Positions 55,566-60,334 of a stretch of 60,334 nucleotides of DNA are shown piece by piece (position 1 is the stretch's first letter; every line of letters begins with the position of its first letter). The position numbers and the translations under genes were made by a program. The stretch is from an uncultured Clostridia bacterium (GTDB taxonomy: Bacteria; Bacillota; Clostridia; Christensenellales; Borkfalkiaceae), in contig CALVHV010000001.1 of assembly GCA_944328845.1 (NCBI GenBank), positions 1 to 60,334 of the forward strand, read 5' to 3'. The notes beneath the pieces were generated by a model that was not told where the DNA came from, made no database searches, and saw nothing but the letters and a program-made list of their open reading frames with translations.

Positions 55566-56510
55566 TTATGCGATGAATTCGCACAAGAGCATCAAAACAG
55601 GAATTGTAAGGATACATAGCACGGTACTCATCAAGGTCGAAGCCGCGGCAGTCTCCCTGTCTCCTCCGAACATCTCTGCAAAATTGAGCGCCACGGACGC
55701 GGCAGGCATGGCGGCAATGACATACAGCGCGATGATGACGTAACGGTCAATGGGCAAAAACAGACGGAAAAGGAGCATGATGCCGAGCGTGAGAAGAGGC
55801 GAAAGTATGAGTTTGACAAAGGAAGCCATGTACACCTTTCCATCGTTGACGAGCCGTATCGGCTTCATATCCGCGAGGCGAACGCCGAGGATCAGCATGG
55901 AGAGCGGGAGAGTCATGTTCCCGAGATAGGAAATGGGCGTCATCACCTGCTGCGGAATATTAACGTTACAGAAGAAAAAAGGCAACGCAATGATGACGGC
56001 GATGGTGGGCGGATTGAGTAGGATCTTCAACGCATTGATGCGCTTGCGCTCCCCCGTCACGGCATAGACACCGAGCGTCCAGGACATGGCATTGAAAACG
56101 ATGTTATAGATGACCGTATACAGGACGAGGTCGGAACGATCGGGAAAGAGCATCTGCATGACAGGAATGCCCATAAACCCGACGTTTCCCAGATAGGAAG
56201 TCGCCACGCAGGCGCGCTTTGCCGCCTCCTCTTTGGAAGGAGAAAAAATCAGCCGCGCCACAAAAAAAACGATCACCTGCAACAGTATGGCAAAGAGAAT
56301 GATCCAGAGAAAATTAAGGAGCATAGACGGCTCGAACGGTTTGTTGAAGAGGGACGCCATCATCAAAAACGGCTGCGCTATATATAAAAGCAGCACCGCG
56401 AGCACGGTTGCGGCTCCTTCCGGGAACAGCTTTACTTTCCGCAGAAAAAAGCCCGGGATCGCCAGCACGACGATCGTGAGAACGTTGATGAAACAAGACA
56501 AAAAATCCAT
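55566..56510 (-). CDS. AEC (auxin efflux carrier/malate permease) family transporter
   Basis: NVGFMGIP, NPP, PLSMLILG, KLILSP, AMPAA, TIP. Confidence 0.92.
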   Translation of the reverse strand: MDFLSCFINVLTIVVLAIPGFFLRKVKLFPEGAATVLAVLLLYIAQPFLMMASLFNKPFEPSMLLNFLWIILFAILLQVIVFFVARLIFSPSKEEAAKRACVATSYLGNVGFMGIPVMQMLFPDRSDLVLYTVIYNIVFNAMSWTLGVYAVTGERKRINALKILLNPPTIAVIIALPFFFCNVNIPQQVMTPISYLGNMTLPLSMLILGVRLADMKPIRLVNDGKVYMASFVKLILSPLLTLGIMLLFRLFLPIDRYVIIALYVIAAMPAASVALNFAEMFGGDRETAAASTLMSTVLCILTIPVLMLLCEFIA

Positions 56511-56601
56511 ATTCTTGTGCCTTCGGCATTTTTTTCATTCTCTCTCTTATCCGCACAATATTTTAATACGACGCACAAAATAAGTCAACAAAATACCCGT
56601 G

Positions 56602-57069
56602 TTATTTCCCGTGGTTTTCCCTTTTTTGTACCTCACTGAGAAAGGCGCGAACCCCCTCTTCGATCTCCGCATAAGCGAGCGCAAAATTGCGCGTATACCA
56701 GGGGTCGGCAATGTCGTGCGGATGCTGTGAATGATCGAGCAGGCGGCTTATCTTGCACTGCGGATCGCCGCACAGGCGCTGCAGGCTCTTTACGTGGCGG
56801 CTTTCCATACACAGAATAAAATCATACTTATCATAATCGGAAAGACAGAACTGCCGCGCCCGTTTCCCCGCGCAGGAAATGCCGTGTTTTGCCAGCTCTT
56901 CCCTTGCAGGCGGATATACGGGATTCCCCTCCTCCTCGTCGCTCGTGCCCGCCGACGAGATAGAAAATCTGTCTGCAATACCTTCCTTTTCCACCGCATC
57001 TTTCATGATAAATTCCGCCATCGGACTCCTGCAGATATTGCCGAGACAAACAAACAGCACTCTGATCAT
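56602..57069 (-). CDS. low-molecular-weight protein-tyrosine phosphatase
   Basis: VCLGNICRSPMAE, SAGT, DPWY. Confidence 0.95.
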   Translation of the reverse strand: MIRVLFVCLGNICRSPMAEFIMKDAVEKEGIADRFSISSAGTSDEEEGNPVYPPAREELAKHGISCAGKRARQFCLSDYDKYDFILCMESRHVKSLQRLCGDPQCKISRLLDHSQHPHDIADPWYTRNFALAYAEIEEGVRAFLSEVQKRENHGK

Positions 57070-57092
57070 CTCAAACTCCTTTCTTTTTTCCT

Positions 57093-57121
57093 ATTATACA
57101 AAAACCAACGATAAAAATCAA
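57093..57121 (-). promoter_or_regulatory. sigma-A promoter TTGATT-N17-TATAAT
   Basis: Upstream of the LMW-PTP gene. Confidence 0.7.
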
Positions 57122-57124
57122 CGG

Positions 57125-57160
57125 AAAAGAGCCCGCAGAAAGTTTCTGCGGGCTCTCGTT
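57125..57160 (-). terminator. terminator after the large protein
   Basis: GAGCCCGCAGAAA/TTTCTGCGGGCTC stem plus TTTT. Confidence 0.8.
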
Positions 57161-57166
57161 CTTCGT

Positions 57167-60100
57167 TCAGCCGACGAGGATCCATGTCCCCGCGGCAGCA
57201 TCGTACTTCCAGGAATTTTTGCCCCAGCGCGCCGCTTCCGATTCATCGCACTTGGTGCAGAGGTCCTCCTCTTCCGTTCTGTCCACGGTCCACGTACGAT
57301 CGAGAGACACCTTCCCTTCGGCAACGGTCCCCGCAGAGACAGTCACACCGTTGGAAGTAAAGACGCCGATGGTCTCTTTGCTGAAGCTGTCGGCAAAGGA
57401 ATCGGAACCGGGCGCTTCGTGGCGAAGTCTGCCGTTCACATTGATCACGCCGCCGAGCAGGTTCATACCGAGATCAAGCGCCGTCAGATCGTAATACGAG
57501 ACATCGTCCTCCACTTTCGAAAGACTTCTCTCGATCTTCACATCGAGATTTCCAAGGTCACTGTTGTTTGCGATCGCCGCAAGATTGAGAGACAGGGCAT
57601 ACCCTTCTTTTTCCGTACCGCCCGATGCCACGTACTGATACGAATTGACCATATCTCCCGCATCGTAAGCGGAAGAACCTCCCGTCTGTGAACCTTCATC
57701 CCCACTCGGGATCATACCCACCACAGTTTCGCTCAAGTTGAAGATAAAAGCAAACTGATTGATCAGCGACTGCGTCCCGCCGCCGAAGAAGTCGGACAGC
57801 GTCATGGCACGATAATCTGCCGAAACAGTGTGGTACTGGTATCTCGTCGTCACATCGTAATAATAGACTTCGTGTTTCCAGAAAAGGAAGTGCGTTTCCT
57901 GCTCCGCCCTCATGAATTCCCTGTACGTCTGCTGAGAAGAGATCGCACTTTCGCCGACACTGCGCAGGATATAGACGTTGCCGTTCCGAATGACGATCTC
58001 CGACATCGTGTCCGCAGCGATAATACTGATCCCTAAACTCTTTTTAGGAACAAATGTCTTGATGTAGAAATAAGGATCTCTTTCTGCGAGAGTTTCTCCC
58101 TCTTCAAAGCCGACACGCATTTCCAGTGATACGGGCACCTTAACAAGGTTCAAAGCACCGAGAGAAAGCGACAACGTCAGCGTTCCCGTCAGAGTATAAC
58201 CTCCCGTATCCGCATACCGATAAGAATATTCAAGATCCTGCAAAAGCGAGGCGATCGAAGAAATATCGATGTACTCCGCCTGATCCGCGGGTGCCTCGAT
58301 CTTCTCCATCTGCGTCGCCGACAAGGAGAGCGAGATCTCCCCGAGAGAGAGCGAGACAGACCTGTTCTGCGTATCCAGCCGAATGTCGGAAGAAGTAAAG
58401 CTCTCGCGTTCCGCAACCGTATCTTCGGACGAATATTCATCGACAATGCCCAGGATTAGGTCGCACCATTCTTTTGTGTTCATCACGCCGAACACGGCAG
58501 AATTGATGGTCTCTACATATCCGTCAAGAATGGAAACGACAAAATTGTAATAATAAACATCTTCACGGATCCCGAGGATGGGCGCAAGGATGGGCAATGC
58601 GGTCTTTCCGCAAGCGATCAACTGTGCCACGGGCATCGAGACCTGCAGCGGGTTTCCGCCCTCCGCCGCTACGGTGCTGTAACTGATGTACAGCATTTCC
58701 CGCAGGATGGTCAAAGAGATAAAATGAGAACCGGAAGGAGAATCCTTGCCCCCTTCAAAGATCTGCGCACGGAAGGACAAATTGAGTATCAGTTCGGCAG
58801 GTCCAGCATCGACAGCCGTACTGCGCTCGAGTTCGATATACCCGTCTACGGCGGCATACAGGTCTGCCGTATCATACACGAGCGACAGTGCGAGATCGTC
58901 CGATCCCGTTGCCTGCAGATAAGCGTTCATCAAAAACTCGAAAACGTTCTGGCAGCGAATGTTTTTGTCGAGATCAGGGGCAAATACGTTTTCCGCAGCA
59001 GAACAGCTTGCCTGAAGCGATGAGATCACGATCCCGAACGCGCCGACTTTTTCTGCCTGCACCGTGACGGTCGCATCCGTCGTGCTCAGAACGAGCCCTT
59101 CCGCAAGTGCGCCTTCCAGCAAGGCGGAAAGATCGAGCGCAACGCCCAACGCATCCTCTCCGACCGCAAGCAAACGGATGCTGCTCAACAGAGCCTGCAG
59201 ATCAATCCCGTCGGCACTGAACAAGAGCATCGCAGCTTCGTCAGAAGAGGCGTCCGTACTCCCCGCAAACAGCGAAGACATAGTATCCGCAACCGTTTTC
59301 AGATCATTCTGCGAGATGTCGAGGCGGAACCCGTTGTAAGCAATCTGCACATTGCCGTCCCTCTCGAAAATCTCCAAAAGGTGTTCGTCGTTGACGAGCA
59401 CGCGCAGATAGATCTGAACACCGTCCGCAAACCAGACCTCTCCCGAGATCTCAAATCTGATAACAAGATTTTGTATCACCGTCTGACCGGAAAGGGTCAG
59501 AGAAACATCTTTCCCGTCCAGCCACGATTTGACCGGCCAGACAAACTGTAAAAGTCTTTCGACAGGTACATAATCTGCCGCATTTTCCGGCACAGACACA
59601 GTCTTTGTTCCCTGCGAAATGGTCAATTCTGCGCCGAGAAGATTCCCGACAAAAGCGCTCCTTACAACGTCGTACGAAAGGCTGATCGTCCCGACTTCGA
59701 ACTCAAAACCGTCAGGCAAGAGCTTCAGTCCTTCCAACAGCACGTCGCCGTCGAGGATCAGTTCAAATCCGCTCTCCTGCAGGACAAATTTCCGAACCAG
59801 CGCCGTATAATCCATCCCAAGCAGAGACTCTATAAGCGACGCGGCATCCGCCGAAGCAGGCTCGTTCAAACCGACAACTTCCAACAATTCGGGCAATTTC
59901 TGCTCCAGTTCTCCGAGCGTCGCCGTCACCAAAATATTTTCCGCTTTCAGCCACACGTTTTCCCCGATCAGCGTCACGCGCACGGGTACGACCAACATCT
60001 TATAAGAGATCTCCAGGTCGCCGACAACAGAGATGCCGTCCGCAATATCCAGCGTGAGTTCTCCCGTCACGGAAAGACCGAGTTTCTCATCTGCGTACGT

Positions 60101-60334
60101 AAGCCCGATCTCAAATTTCTTCCCTTCGATCAGGGCGAGAATACTGTCAATGACAGGTTCCAGCGACGGCGCTCCGCTCACGTCCCAAACGTTCGCTTCT
60201 TCCGTTGCATAAACTTCTGCGTTCAGGTCCTTGACCTGTATTCCCGCAAAGCTCACGCCTTCGCTCTCGATACCGATCTTGTCCCCGTCCGTGCTCAGGC
60301 GCACTTCCGCTTCTATCCCTTCGATCACAGCCGC
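57167..60334 (-). CDS. 3' part of a large acidic beta-rich hypothetical protein with ~200-aa degenerate repeats (start outside the window)
   Basis: More than 1050 open codons up to the window edge; recurring helix plus beta-meander units. Confidence 0.85.
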   Translation of the reverse strand, partial: AAVIEGIEAEVRLSTDGDKIGIESEGVSFAGIQVKDLNAEVYATEEANVWDVSGAPSLEPVIDSILALIEGKKFEIGLTYADEKLGLSVTGELTLDIADGISVVGDLEISYKMLVVPVRVTLIGENVWLKAENILVTATLGELEQKLPELLEVVGLNEPASADAASLIESLLGMDYTALVRKFVLQESGFELILDGDVLLEGLKLLPDGFEFEVGTISLSYDVVRSAFVGNLLGAELTISQGTKTVSVPENAADYVPVERLLQFVWPVKSWLDGKDVSLTLSGQTVIQNLVIRFEISGEVWFADGVQIYLRVLVNDEHLLEIFERDGNVQIAYNGFRLDISQNDLKTVADTMSSLFAGSTDASSDEAAMLLFSADGIDLQALLSSIRLLAVGEDALGVALDLSALLEGALAEGLVLSTTDATVTVQAEKVGAFGIVISSLQASCSAAENVFAPDLDKNIRCQNVFEFLMNAYLQATGSDDLALSLVYDTADLYAAVDGYIELERSTAVDAGPAELILNLSFRAQIFEGGKDSPSGSHFISLTILREMLYISYSTVAAEGGNPLQVSMPVAQLIACGKTALPILAPILGIREDVYYYNFVVSILDGYVETINSAVFGVMNTKEWCDLILGIVDEYSSEDTVAERESFTSSDIRLDTQNRSVSLSLGEISLSLSATQMEKIEAPADQAEYIDISSIASLLQDLEYSYRYADTGGYTLTGTLTLSLSLGALNLVKVPVSLEMRVGFEEGETLAERDPYFYIKTFVPKKSLGISIIAADTMSEIVIRNGNVYILRSVGESAISSQQTYREFMRAEQETHFLFWKHEVYYYDVTTRYQYHTVSADYRAMTLSDFFGGGTQSLINQFAFIFNLSETVVGMIPSGDEGSQTGGSSAYDAGDMVNSYQYVASGGTEKEGYALSLNLAAIANNSDLGNLDVKIERSLSKVEDDVSYYDLTALDLGMNLLGGVINVNGRLRHEAPGSDSFADSFSKETIGVFTSNGVTVSAGTVAEGKVSLDRTWTVDRTEEEDLCTKCDESEAARWGKNSWKYDAAAGTWILVG

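Overview
A 60-kb chromosomal housekeeping region from a moderately GC-rich Firmicute. The gene content (ispH-rpsA fusion, split purH, TM1266, ymfI) suggests Clostridia, by inference only. Almost all genes are on the minus strand. Contents in order: (i) an ~11-kb mixed operon DUF1934-MBL-rho-like-glk-patatin-ComEC-like-aroCBAEQK-ymfI; (ii) birA-bioY behind a clear BirA operator; (iii) GH3, sodium:solute symporter, MATE, GH13 and CPA2 genes; (iv) a de novo purine operon purE-C-F-M-N-purO-like-purH(AICARFT only)-D-L; (v) mscL, a HAD hydrolase and a TM1266-led ABC transporter operon; (vi) htpG, ispH-rpsA, plsC, an aroH-cmk fusion and a HI0933 flavoprotein; (vii) a biotin-dependent Na+-decarboxylase cluster; (viii) an aminotransferase, mgtE, an orphan SMI1/KNR4 gene, an AEC transporter, an LMW-PTP and the 3' part of a large repeat protein. 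I saw no tRNA, rRNA, CRISPR array, transposase or prophage. Most interesting: an intact but apparently catalytically degenerate Rho paralogue (E211Q-equivalent, Q- and R-loops deleted); an unassigned ~245-nt structured RNA upstream of the pur operon; a 21-bp element shared by the aroQ and aroH-cmk upstream spacers; an attenuator-like leader on the TM1266-ABC operon; tandem ARG boxes on an SSS transporter; a cassette-like SMI1/KNR4 gene; and domain novelties (AroH-Cmk fusion, MgtE with a duplicated N-domain). All assignments come from reading motifs by eye; no database search or folding program was run.
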